From: Clostridiales bacterium
Lineage (GTDB): Bacteria > Bacillota > Clostridia > Peptostreptococcales > Anaerovoracaceae
Direction of reading: 5' to 3'
Length of the DNA: 64,000 bases
Assembly (NCBI GenBank): GCA_009776955.1
Contig: WRMW01000002.1
Coordinates: 187,154 to 251,153 of the forward strand
Within the stretch, counting starts at the first letter, position 1; the number at the start of each line of letters is the position of its first letter. The notes beneath the pieces are model-generated. The model worked only from the letters and a program-made list of their open reading frames with translations. It ran no database searches and was not told where the DNA came from. Of this stretch, positions 35,483 to 44,592 are shown in pieces. A program made the translations under genes and the position numbers.

Positions 35483-36093
35483 CGTATTACACGAAGACCC
35501 TATCCCAGACTTTTGATACGGATGACTTTATAGCGCCGGACACCCTTTCTGTTGTCAACGGCAGTGTTCGGGCAGCCGCAGAGGACGTGCTTGTGCGTGG
35601 CGGGCTGTCTGAGGAGCTAAACCGAGTATTCAAGACCAAGACATACGACCCTGTTTTATTGAAGGCAGTCGTAAGCGCCGCCGTCCCATCACTTGACCCA
35701 GATGAGTTCATGCACTATGAGGCGCCGGAGGCGCCTGTCATTGCGGACTATGCACCGCCTCCGCCTCTTCCGGCGGAAGCCCCTGCCGATATGGATGTCG
35801 ATGTCGACGCCGGCCTTGAGGCCGGTCTGGATCCTGGCACGGATATCGGAATAGAAGCTGAAATTGAGATTGCGGAAGCGGAAATGCGGGACGATCCCGT
35901 ATTAATGGAGGGAGATATCTCCATAGAATTGCCGCAGATTTCGCGTATCAACAGGGGAATGATGCGGTTGAAGCTGGACACGCTTACATTCGAGAAGGGC
36001 TTTCGGCAGAGTCTGCGCGATATAGGGGCTATTGCGGGTATCTCGATAACAATCATCATACTGGTGTATTATTTGCTCAATCACACTTGGTGA
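35479..36093 (+). CDS. Hypothetical tail-anchored membrane protein with an acidic, Pro-rich middle region
   Basis: The TTG start overlaps the bactofilin stop (TTGA). A single C-terminal TM segment (IAGISITIIILVYYLL) is present. I recognise no family. Confidence 0.55.
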   Translation: MTYYTKTLSQTFDTDDFIAPDTLSVVNGSVRAAAEDVLVRGGLSEELNRVFKTKTYDPVLLKAVVSAAVPSLDPDEFMHYEAPEAPVIADYAPPPPLPAEAPADMDVDVDAGLEAGLDPGTDIGIEAEIEIAEAEMRDDPVLMEGDISIELPQISRINRGMMRLKLDTLTFEKGFRQSLRDIGAIAGISITIIILVYYLLNHTW

Positions 36094-36185
36094 AGAATAT
36101 GAAGCATGGTGAAAGTATTGTGAAAACATTCGGCTTCCGCTTGCATTGCGGGGAAAATATACTATAATGGGCGAGGAGCGAGTGA

Positions 36186-37442
36186 ATGTCTAAAATGAAA
36201 GTCTTTTCTTCCTGTGTTTTGGTAATATTGCTGATGGTATGTGCGGTCTTTTTGTTTGAGCTGCATGGATGCACGCCCAGAGTTTCAGTTCCGGATGATG
36301 CGGTAGCCGGAGAGCGGGAGTCTGAAGGGTCTGGCCCTGCGGTTGTGAGCAGGCAGGATTTTCCCCTGCCTATAGTGGAGGAGTGGGTTTTGCCCACCGT
36401 GGTGTCAATCACTGGAGCCGATTCGGAAGCGGGACTCGCGGCTGCTTGGGGTTTTGATTATGGGGTAAAGACCGTCAATGAGCAGGGCGGGATTCGCGAG
36501 CTCCCTGTCAGGATTGCAATTCGTGACGCGGCATCTAGCGAAAACGCAGTCAGAACTGAGATAGGCCAGGCGGCGGCCGACAGCGCATTGATTGTTTTGG
36601 GACCGTCCACCGAGGAGTCATATACGGCTGGGGGACAGACCTTCTATAGTGTCGGGATGCCGGCTCTGGGTGCGGCTACGGATGATATGAGCAGGGACAG
36701 ATATCAGCCTTTTGCTATATCCTGCATTGCTGATCCTGGCAGTGAGGCTGTTTCCGCAATAGAGACTTGGGTGCGTGCCGAGCAATTTACGAGGGTATTT
36801 ATTTTCAATTCCTATATATATGATGACCGAACAAAATTGGCAGAGGAAGCGCTGCTGGCTTCAGGGAAAGAGGTTGCTGAAAGATTTGAGGTTGGGCACG
36901 ATGCGTTTGACGCTGCTAGTGTTGCCGAAAGAGCTATTGCGTCAGGCGCAGACGCCTACTATATCGATATGAGTGGCGAGGATACTTTGCGGATAATAAG
37001 GCAGCTTCATTTTCTTGCGGGCGAGGCTGCAAGCGCCCTGAAAATCCTTTGCGGTCCGCAGGCAGCCGATATGGCTTTGATTGAATCGGCGGAAGACGGG
37101 GAAATGCTAGGCGTACGCGTCTGGGCTACGCTTGACCCGAACAGGGGCGTAGAAAAGCGCAGAGCCTTTGACGAAGCTTTTGAAAGAAGCGTTGGCGATC
37201 TTGCATATTACAGCCTTGCCGTGGACTATTACCAGGCGGCGCTTATGCTTAAAGAGGCTTTTGACGAGCTTAGGCTTACGGGCGCGCCCGAGGAACTTGA
37301 GAGCGAGCGCAGGAAGCTCGCACTGCATCTTTATAATACAGGCTTCATAGCCACTGACCAAGGAGATTTTATTATCGAGGCTGGGAGCAAGTTTACAGCG
37401 GCTAAATTGTATACGATTACGGAAAACGGCTTCCAATCATGA
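36186..37442 (+). CDS. Lipoprotein, type-I periplasmic-binding-protein fold (LivJ/Peripla_BP_6-like substrate-binding protein), orphan
   Basis: Signal peptide with lipobox LHGC. The segment VNEQGGIRELPVRIAIRDAASSENAV resembles branched-chain amino acid SBPs. No permease or ATPase gene is adjacent. Confidence 0.6.
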   Translation: MSKMKVFSSCVLVILLMVCAVFLFELHGCTPRVSVPDDAVAGERESEGSGPAVVSRQDFPLPIVEEWVLPTVVSITGADSEAGLAAAWGFDYGVKTVNEQGGIRELPVRIAIRDAASSENAVRTEIGQAAADSALIVLGPSTEESYTAGGQTFYSVGMPALGAATDDMSRDRYQPFAISCIADPGSEAVSAIETWVRAEQFTRVFIFNSYIYDDRTKLAEEALLASGKEVAERFEVGHDAFDAASVAERAIASGADAYYIDMSGEDTLRIIRQLHFLAGEAASALKILCGPQAADMALIESAEDGEMLGVRVWATLDPNRGVEKRRAFDEAFERSVGDLAYYSLAVDYYQAALMLKEAFDELRLTGAPEELESERRKLALHLYNTGFIATDQGDFIIEAGSKFTAAKLYTITENGFQS

Positions 37443-37590
37443 AGCAATCGTGAAGAAACGGTGAAGAAATAGAGAAAATTACATTATATGGTTGAAAAGC
37501 CATTCCTTTTCGGTGTAAATTTGTAAAACACTTGTAACGCTTCTGTAATATAACAGGGTTTTGCGAGTACGCCGAAAGGAGAGGCAGCAA

Positions 37591-38136
37591 TTGCGTAATT
37601 TTATTGTCAACTATTTTAAGAGAAACGGAGTGCTGGCAGGAGTGCTGTCGGTGGTCTGCGTGATTTTCTTCTTTATGGCCATCATACCAGCGAACGCTGT
37701 TCTGTCTTCGGGCACTTTCTCTTACACGCAGAAGTATGTGGGCGGCATAAATGTCGAGAGGACGGACATGAATGTGGCACACGATGCAAGCATACCGCGC
37801 AACGCGGATGGCGAGAGGCTTGTACGCGTCGGGAATTTCAAGGTGACGCATTATTGCGCATGTACAATCTGCACCTGGGGGTCTGGCATCACGGCTTCGG
37901 GCAAGCCTGTAAGGGTAGGGATGATCGCCTCCGACTGGCGCGTGCTTCCCAAGGGCACGACGGTATATGTGCAGCGCGGCGACACGCTTCTTGAAAAAGT
38001 GGTGGAGGATCGCGGCGGCGCCATACAGGGCAATATAATAGATATATATGTGGAGTCGCATTACCAAGCGCTTCAGCTTGGGGTGTATTACGCGGACCTG
38101 TACGTAGATCCGGGCACGGAAATGCCTGAGCGTTAG
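37591..38136 (+). CDS. 3D-domain (MltA/RlpA-like double-psi beta-barrel) cell-wall protein
   Basis: Matching segment: VTHYCACTICTWGSGITASGKPVRVGMIASDWRVLPKGTTVYV...VEDRGGAIQGNIIDIYV. RBS AAAGGAGAG precedes TTG 37591. The track start is 37561. Confidence 0.75.
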   Translation: MRNFIVNYFKRNGVLAGVLSVVCVIFFFMAIIPANAVLSSGTFSYTQKYVGGINVERTDMNVAHDASIPRNADGERLVRVGNFKVTHYCACTICTWGSGITASGKPVRVGMIASDWRVLPKGTTVYVQRGDTLLEKVVEDRGGAIQGNIIDIYVESHYQALQLGVYYADLYVDPGTEMPER

Positions 38137-38146
38137 TCCTTTCCGA

Positions 38147-39202
38147 CTAAAGATTTAATTTGAAGTCCTCGTCCTTGAACCGGCCGAGGGCTTTTATTAT
38201 AAGGTAGAAAACATAGGAAAGCGCCGCCGGCAGTGCGAAGTGCAGAAGCAGGACTTTCCAGAGCGTATCCATCGAGAAGCCCATGGAGGTGAATGTGCCT
38301 ATTTGGCCGACAAAGCCGGACGTGCCCATGCCGGCGCCGGCAGCGATGTTTGTCATCTTGAACACAATGGTGGCGATGGGTCCGAGGATGGCCGCCGCTA
38401 TGGTCGGGGGGGCGAGTATCCAGGGGTTTTTTATGATGTTTGGCACCTGGAGCATGGATGTGCCGATGCCTTGTGCGAGCAGGCCGCCTATGCCGTTCGC
38501 ACGGAAGCTTATGACGGCGAAGCCTATCATCTGGGCGCAGCAGCCGACGGTGGCAGCGCCTGCAGCGATTCCTGAGAGGTCTAGCATGATGCAGAGAGCG
38601 GCGCTGGATATAGGTGCCGTCAGGACGAGGCCGACTACGACGGCTACGATGATGCCCATCCAGAAGGGCTGTAGCTCTGTGGCGTTCATTATGACCCTGC
38701 CGAGGCCTGTCATGAGGGCGCCTATGCCGGGGCCGATAAGCTTGGCTACCAGTCCGCCGGCTATGATCGTGACGAGTGGGGTGACTATGATATCGACCTT
38801 GGTTTCCTTGGAGACGAGTTTGCCAAGCTCGGCCCCGATGACGGCGGCGACGAAGGCGCCCGCCGGCCCTCCAGCGCCGCCCCCTTCTGTCCATGCCATA
38901 TTGCCCATATAGCCTGTGGCGATGCTCGCAAAGATGACTAGCGGGGGGGCTTTGAGCCCGTACGCCACGGCCACGCCTATCGCCGGTCCTACCATTGCCA
39001 TCGCTGCGCCCCCGATGGTGACCAACAAAACGGTGAAGGCGTTCTCCCCTGCGTGAAGCCCTATCTGCTCGCCGATGGTTCTTATTATCAGCCCTATAAG
39101 CAGCGAGGCGAAAAGCCCAAGCGTCATTGCCGAAAGGGCGTCGATGGCATATCTCCTTACGGAAATCTCAATATTTTTGCGTTCAAGAAACTCTTTCATC
39201 AT
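38147..39202 (-). CDS. PTS EIIC-like (PTS_EIIC_2 family) membrane transporter, orphan
   Basis: Gly/Ala-rich polytopic membrane protein of 351 aa whose N-terminus resembles stand-alone EIIC proteins. No EIIA or EIIB gene is nearby. Confidence 0.6.
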   Translation of the reverse strand: MMKEFLERKNIEISVRRYAIDALSAMTLGLFASLLIGLIIRTIGEQIGLHAGENAFTVLLVTIGGAAMAMVGPAIGVAVAYGLKAPPLVIFASIATGYMGNMAWTEGGGAGGPAGAFVAAVIGAELGKLVSKETKVDIIVTPLVTIIAGGLVAKLIGPGIGALMTGLGRVIMNATELQPFWMGIIVAVVVGLVLTAPISSAALCIMLDLSGIAAGAATVGCCAQMIGFAVISFRANGIGGLLAQGIGTSMLQVPNIIKNPWILAPPTIAAAILGPIATIVFKMTNIAAGAGMGTSGFVGQIGTFTSMGFSMDTLWKVLLLHFALPAALSYVFYLIIKALGRFKDEDFKLNL

Positions 39203-39224
39203 AACAATATTCTTTCGTTATACA

Positions 39225-39917
39225 TTATAGAATCATCGCCCAGAACTTCTGGAAAGAGGTCAGGAGCGACCCCATTGCAGGGCCGAGCAGCATGCCTGTG
39301 ATGCCGAATATGATAAGCGCCAAAAGTATGAATGTGCCGTTGTTGTAAAGCGGCGCATACCAACTGAAGCGACGCAGGTCAAACAGCTCGGTGATTATGC
39401 CGAAGCCGTCAAGCGGGGGCACAGGCAAGAGGTTGAAAATCATAAGCATAAGGTTGATGGCGACAATATTGTACAGGACCATGAACAGGATCGGGTCACG
39501 GACGAAGAAAAGGGTGGCAGTGCAGAGAAAGGCCACTATGAAGTTGGTGATTACGCCTGCTACGTTCACGATAAGGCTTGCCGCGCGCCTGTTGCCCTTG
39601 AAAGCGTAGGGGTTCACCTGGACGGGGCGGCCCCATCCGAAGCCAACGAAAATAAGGGTGATGAGGCCTATCGGGTCGATATGGGCGAGAGGGTTCAAGG
39701 TGATGCGACCCTGCTTCTGGGGCGTCTTGTCGCCGAGCTTCCATGCTGCGTAGGCGTGTGCGAACTCGTGAAGCGTTATGCCAATCACGATGGCGGGAAG
39801 CATTATAAGCGTATGCTGCAGCCATTGTGCTGGGTTGGCAAAACGCCCGGACTGGAACGCGCTTAGCAGCATTATCGCGATGAAAAAGATAAATACGAAT
39901 GAGCCGGATTTTCTCAT
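39225..39917 (-). CDS. Site-2 protease family (M50) membrane metalloprotease, no PDZ domain
   Basis: HEFAHAYAA (HExxH) and NLLPVPPLDG motifs. The track ORF was trimmed to MRKSGSF at 39917. The start overlaps the upstream gene's stop as ATGA. Confidence 0.8.
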   Translation of the reverse strand: MRKSGSFVFIFFIAIMLLSAFQSGRFANPAQWLQHTLIMLPAIVIGITLHEFAHAYAAWKLGDKTPQKQGRITLNPLAHIDPIGLITLIFVGFGWGRPVQVNPYAFKGNRRAASLIVNVAGVITNFIVAFLCTATLFFVRDPILFMVLYNIVAINLMLMIFNLLPVPPLDGFGIITELFDLRRFSWYAPLYNNGTFILLALIIFGITGMLLGPAMGSLLTSFQKFWAMIL

Positions 39918-41191
39918 TGTGCAAGCCCTCCCTCGCCGATCTTCCTCAATCCTGCCATATGGTCTATAAATTGCTGTGCCGTGCGGCCTGAACGTCCGCC
40001 GTGCCGTATCTCCCATTTGAGCGCCTCTGCCGCAAGCTCCTCGTCGGGCATGGACAGCCCTGCTCTGTCCGCTATGCCGCGTACTATCGCAAGGTACTCC
40101 TGTTTGTCGGGTGCGGGGTATACGAGCGTGAGGCCGAAGCGGTCGGACAGTGAGCGTTTTTCTTCCATATTGTCGCGACGCCTTACATCGTCCTCGCCCC
40201 CTCTGTCGCTCCAGACATCCTTGACTATGTTTTTGCGGTTGGTCGTAACGATGAATATGGCGTTTTGTGGCCTTGGCGCAACACGTCCTTCCACTATGGA
40301 CTTGAACAGCTTGTACTCGTGCTCGTTCTCGTCGAATGAGAGATCGTCGATAAATATGATGAACTTCATGCCACGGCCCGCGATGCTTTCAAAGACGCCG
40401 GGGAGCAGATGTAGCCTGTCCTTGGTGATGCTTATGAGCTTGAGCCCATTTGAAGCGTAGAGGTTTAGCAATGCCTTTACGGAGGACGACTTGCCCGTGC
40501 CGCTGTCGCCGTAAAGAAGCACGTTGTTCGCCCTTGCACCCGACAGCAGGATTTTTATATTGTCTGTCAGGATGCGTTTTTGCCTTTCGTAGCCTACAAG
40601 ACCGTCCATGACGATAGCGTCCATATGGCGGACGGGCACGAGACCGCCTTCTTCGGCGGTCATGGCGGACGATGCCTCAAAGACGCCCGAACCGTATCCG
40701 TGATAGTGGCGGGTGAGAAGTACGGCGGCTTTTGTGCCGCTGTCTTTCATCATGGCCAGATGGATAGTCTCGCGATGCGAGGTTTCGTTCCCGTTCGCCG
40801 CGGGCAGAGTCAAGAACGTATGTTCTGAATAATCGTGACGATATATGTTCGAGATTATTTCGATCTCGCATATCGCCTGCATAAAGACAGCCTTGGCTTG
40901 TGGGCTTGGCAGGGCTTTGATTGCGGAATCGTCCATGTCTGCTTCCATCTCGCTGAAAGCGCCTGCCTCAGCCATTCGCGCGAAAACGTTTTCTTCGCCC
41001 GCCATAAGGCGGCATATGCGGTTTTGGAGCAATGAACCGGAAATTCCGCCACCGTGGAGGAGGCCGCCTGCCTCGTCTGCCAAGAGCCGTTGCGCCGCAT
41101 TGAAGTCGTGCTTTGACAGAAGGCTTAAAACCCCGTCCTCCCTTATCGTATTGAATAAAATCAATTGGTCAATATTTTGAAGCATTGTCAT
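39914..41191 (-). CDS. DUF815-type P-loop ATPase
   Basis: Walker [10 protein letters not shown], Walker [11 protein letters not shown], and a C-terminus typical of DUF815. The ~190-aa N-terminal region is uncharacterised. Confidence 0.75.
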   Translation of the reverse strand: MTMLQNIDQLILFNTIREDGVLSLLSKHDFNAAQRLLADEAGGLLHGGGISGSLLQNRICRLMAGEENVFARMAEAGAFSEMEADMDDSAIKALPSPQAKAVFMQAICEIEIISNIYRHDYSEHTFLTLPAANGNETSHRETIHLAMMKDSGTKAAVLLTRHYHGYGSGVFEASSAMTAEEGGLVPVRHMDAIVMDGLVGYERQKRILTDNIKILLSGARANNVLLYGDSGTGKSSSVKALLNLYASNGLKLISITKDRLHLLPGVFESIAGRGMKFIIFIDDLSFDENEHEYKLFKSIVEGRVAPRPQNAIFIVTTNRKNIVKDVWSDRGGEDDVRRRDNMEEKRSLSDRFGLTLVYPAPDKQEYLAIVRGIADRAGLSMPDEELAAEALKWEIRHGGRSGRTAQQFIDHMAGLRKIGEGGLAQ

Positions 41192-42431
41192 TCTTGTATA
41201 GCGGATGCGATTCCGTCAGCCCCTTTACTATGGTGCGCGCCTTTTCGTGGTTTGCGGATTTTGCAGGGTCGTTCAGCACGAGGGCGATGGCGTAGGCCGT
41301 CTGCTCCACTTCGGCTTCTTTGAACCCGCGTGTCGTCATGGCGGGGGTGCCGAGGCGTACGCCGCTTGTGACGTTCGGGCCGTTCGGGTCGCCTGGGACG
41401 GCGTTTTTGTTGGTTGTGATGCCTACCTCGTCAAGCAGGTTTTCAGCCTCCTTGCCGGTGATGGCCTTGCCGATAAGCGAAAGCAGTACGAGGTGGTTGT
41501 CCGTGCCGCCGGATACGAGCTTGAAACCGGCCTGCACAAGGCAGTCCGCAAGCACGGCGGCGTTTTTCACGACTTGCTCCTGATACGTCTTGAAGGCGGG
41601 CTCTGCCGCTTCCTTGAAGCATACGGCCTTGCCTGCGATGACGTGCTGGAGCGGGCCGCCCTGTATGCCTGGGAATATCGCTTTGTCTAGCTTTTGGCTG
41701 TACTCGGCGTCGGCGAGTATAAGGCCTCCGCGCGGCCCCCTGAGCGTCTTGTGCGTCGTGGACGTCACTATCTGGGCGTGGCCGACGGGCGTAGGGTGCT
41801 GCCCTGCGGCGACAAGCCCCGCTATATGAGCCATGTCGACCATAAGGATGGCGCCTACTTCGTCGGCGATGGCACGGAACTTGGCAAAGTCGATGATGCG
41901 CGGGTAGGCGCTGGCGCCGGCCACGATCATCTTGGGCCGATGCTCCTTGGCAAGCGCCAAGACATCGTCATAGTCGATTTGCTCAGTGTCAGATGTAAGG
42001 CCGTAAGAGACGAAGCTGTAGTATTTTCCCGAAAGGTTTGCCTTGCTGCCGTGCGTCAGATGGCCGCCCTCGGCGAGGTTCATGCCCATGACGGTGTCGC
42101 CAGGCGCGAGCAGGGCGAAGTAGACGGCAAGGTTTGCGCTTGCGCCGCTATGGGGTTGCACATTGGCATAGTCTGCGCCGAACAGCTTTGTGACGCGCTC
42201 TATCGCAAGCGACTCGACTTCGTCGATATGCTCGCAGCCGCCGTAGTAGCGATTGCCGGGATAGCCCTCGGCGTATTTGTTTGTCAGGGCGCTGCCCATG
42301 GCCTCCATCACGGCCGCAGACGTAAAATTCTCCGAAGCTATCATTTCGATTTTGTTTTCCTGACGGCTTATCTCGCGGCGGATCATGTCCGCTACGTCTT
42401 TGTCTGTCTTGTCAATATGATAGAAATACAT
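41169..42431 (-). CDS. glyA: Serine hydroxymethyltransferase
   Basis: The motif [14 protein letters not shown] carries the PLP lysine. Homology to SHMT is recognisable along the whole length. Confidence 0.96.
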   Translation of the reverse strand: MYFYHIDKTDKDVADMIRREISRQENKIEMIASENFTSAAVMEAMGSALTNKYAEGYPGNRYYGGCEHIDEVESLAIERVTKLFGADYANVQPHSGASANLAVYFALLAPGDTVMGMNLAEGGHLTHGSKANLSGKYYSFVSYGLTSDTEQIDYDDVLALAKEHRPKMIVAGASAYPRIIDFAKFRAIADEVGAILMVDMAHIAGLVAAGQHPTPVGHAQIVTSTTHKTLRGPRGGLILADAEYSQKLDKAIFPGIQGGPLQHVIAGKAVCFKEAAEPAFKTYQEQVVKNAAVLADCLVQAGFKLVSGGTDNHLVLLSLIGKAITGKEAENLLDEVGITTNKNAVPGDPNGPNVTSGVRLGTPAMTTRGFKEAEVEQTAYAIALVLNDPAKSANHEKARTIVKGLTESHPLYKNDNASKY

Positions 42432-42454
42432 TGTGCCCTTCCTCGTTATTCTAA

Positions 42455-43087
42455 CTATTCGATATCCAACAACTCGACGCCTCTTGCAAACTTGGTCTTG
42501 ACTTCGGGTTCGAGGCCGTATTTGCCGGCTATCTTCTCGCCGATGTCGAGCAGATCCTCCTTGGTGCCCGAATATATCTCAATCTCCAGTTCGCGGAATT
42601 GGAGGCTGTTGTGTCCAGCGACTATTACGCCTTCATCGACCGCAAGTTCAAGGATGCTTTTCTCGTAGTCTATGCGGATGCTCTTGCGCGTGAAGATCAT
42701 GTCGAAGATGTTTACGAGCGGGTTGCCGTCGATGATGTCGAGCAAGTCCTTCCCTTCGGCGCTCTCGATGAAAACGCTTGGGTCAGGGTTGAAGAAGCAG
42801 CATTGGTCGGAAATGGGGATATTGATTTCCGAGCGGATGTAAAGGCCGCTGATGTCGTTGTCGTCATCACGCCATTTGAGGGTCGCGACGGTGCGCTCGC
42901 TTTCGTTGCGGATGCGGAACGCGATGTTGCGTCTTATGAGCGTAAGATCCTCGGTGTCGAAATACGCCGCTTTCATCTTGATGACCTCCGGCGCCCTGTG
43001 GTCCGAGAGGGCGGCTATCCAAGGGTCGGCTAGGATGCCCTCGTATTGTTCGATATTGTCGATTCGGTATTTGAGTTCAATTTCCAT
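42455..43087 (-). CDS. CYTH-domain protein (triphosphate tunnel metalloenzyme)
   Basis: N-terminus MEIELKYRI (ExExK signature). About 210 aa. Confidence 0.75.
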   Translation of the reverse strand: MEIELKYRIDNIEQYEGILADPWIAALSDHRAPEVIKMKAAYFDTEDLTLIRRNIAFRIRNESERTVATLKWRDDDNDISGLYIRSEINIPISDQCCFFNPDPSVFIESAEGKDLLDIIDGNPLVNIFDMIFTRKSIRIDYEKSILELAVDEGVIVAGHNSLQFRELEIEIYSGTKEDLLDIGEKIAGKYGLEPEVKTKFARGVELLDIE

Positions 43088-43135
43088 AATGAGATATGAT
43101 ACCATAGAAGCGGAGACGAAGAAAGGATTATAGAA

Positions 43136-43909
43136 TTGAACATATTGATTACTGCGGGGGGCACGTCGGAGAGGATCGACGATGTGCGTCGAATAACGAA
43201 TCTGGGTACGGGGGCGCTAGGGGCTCGCGTCGCTGAGGCGTTTGCGGGGGCGTTGGCGTCTGAGGGGCAGGAGTGTTGTATTACATACATATGCTCAAAA
43301 GGTTCGGTACGTCCAAGTGTGTCTGTGGACGTGCGGGTGGCTGACGATGTGGGGGCTGTGGAGGCGACGGTGCGGCAGGCGTGCGCGGAGCGGGAGTATG
43401 ACATCGTGGTGCATAGCATGGCGATAGGGGACTATAGGGTGCGGGCGGTGAGCGATGCGGGGCTGATGACGGGCGCCGTGATGGAGCGTCTTTCGTATCT
43501 GGCGTGCGGGGATTCGTCGTCGCCAGAAGAAGCGGTGCGGGATGCGCTGCTTTCGCCGCCGGATATCAAGGCCGCAAAGATATCGTCCGACAAGGAGGAT
43601 TTGGTGGTGGTGCTTGAAAGGGCGCCCAAGATAATCGCGTTGTATCGGGAGCTTGCGCCACGGGCTGTGCTGGTCGGGTTCAAGCTGCTGTCGGATGCGA
43701 GCGAAGATGATCTGGTGTCCGCGGCGTGCGCCTTGCTCGAAAAAAACGGCTGCGACTTCGTGCTTGCGAACGATATGGGGACGGTACGAGCAGGGGCGCA
43801 CGAGGGGCTGCTTGTGGGGCGGAGCGGGACTTGCGAGCGGGCGGAGAGCAAGGAGGGCATAGCGGGGCTGATAGTGAGGCATGCGCTAGAGAGCGTACGG
43901 CAGGCGTAG
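43136..43909 (+). CDS. coaB: Phosphopantothenate--cysteine ligase (stand-alone CoaB)
   Basis: N-terminus ILITAGGTSERIDDVRRITNLGTG. TTG start. Confidence 0.8.
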   Translation: MNILITAGGTSERIDDVRRITNLGTGALGARVAEAFAGALASEGQECCITYICSKGSVRPSVSVDVRVADDVGAVEATVRQACAEREYDIVVHSMAIGDYRVRAVSDAGLMTGAVMERLSYLACGDSSSPEEAVRDALLSPPDIKAAKISSDKEDLVVVLERAPKIIALYRELAPRAVLVGFKLLSDASEDDLVSAACALLEKNGCDFVLANDMGTVRAGAHEGLLVGRSGTCERAESKEGIAGLIVRHALESVRQA

Positions 43910-44013
43910 GGGGGTGTGAAAAAACCTATGAAACCTCCTATGCTTTCTCAATGCTATCATACATATGGAGGCCGCTTGTGCCAAAGTATGCACAGGGAAG
44001 CCGGTAATAAGTT

Positions 44014-44571
44014 CTAAGAGTGTTTTGACAAGTCGTGAAGAAGGGTGAGGATTTTGTCCGGGTCTGCCAGACGACCTTGCCCTTCGGTGCCGCAGGCCAG
44101 CCGACCGGTATCGGGTTCGACGACCGTCCATCCAAGGGCTTTCAGGGTTTCGAGGTTTTTTTGGACGATGGGGTTTTCCCACATCGCGGTGTTCATGGCG
44201 GGGCATAGTATGCGGGGCTTTTTGTGGACGGCGAGCAGCACCGTGGTCAAAAGGTCATCCGCTATGCCGGCGGCCGCTTTGCCTATAAGGTTTGCGGTGG
44301 CGGGGCAGATTACTACGATGTCCGCGCGCTCGGCGAGCGAGATATGTTCGACGGAATAGTCCTCTATTGGGGCGAAGGTGTCTGTGTAGACAGGGGATTT
44401 TGTAAGGGTCTGGAAGGTGAGCGGCGTTATGAACTCGCAGGCGTTCTTCGTCATCACGACGTCGATCGTGAAGCCGTCCTTGGCGAGCCGGCTTGCGAGA
44501 TCGGCGGTTTTGTAGGCCGCTATGCCGCCTGTCACGCCCAATAAAATTCTATTGTTTTTTTTGCTTTCCAT
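44014..44571 (-). CDS. coaC: Phosphopantothenoylcysteine decarboxylase (stand-alone CoaC flavoprotein)
   Basis: ILLGVTGGIAAYK, PAMN and ACG motifs. Confidence 0.88.
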   Translation of the reverse strand: MESKKNNRILLGVTGGIAAYKTADLASRLAKDGFTIDVVMTKNACEFITPLTFQTLTKSPVYTDTFAPIEDYSVEHISLAERADIVVICPATANLIGKAAAGIADDLLTTVLLAVHKKPRILCPAMNTAMWENPIVQKNLETLKALGWTVVEPDTGRLACGTEGQGRLADPDKILTLLHDLSKHS

Positions 44572-44592
44572 ACTTGCATTATACCATGATGG

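Noticed and set aside
37443-37590. Possible c-di-AMP (ydaO-type) riboswitch upstream of the 3D-domain cell-wall gene.
   Set aside because: The 148-nt region is AT-rich. I saw none of the conserved GC-rich pseudo-symmetric ydaO blocks and no terminator, only a GTGAAGAAA direct repeat.
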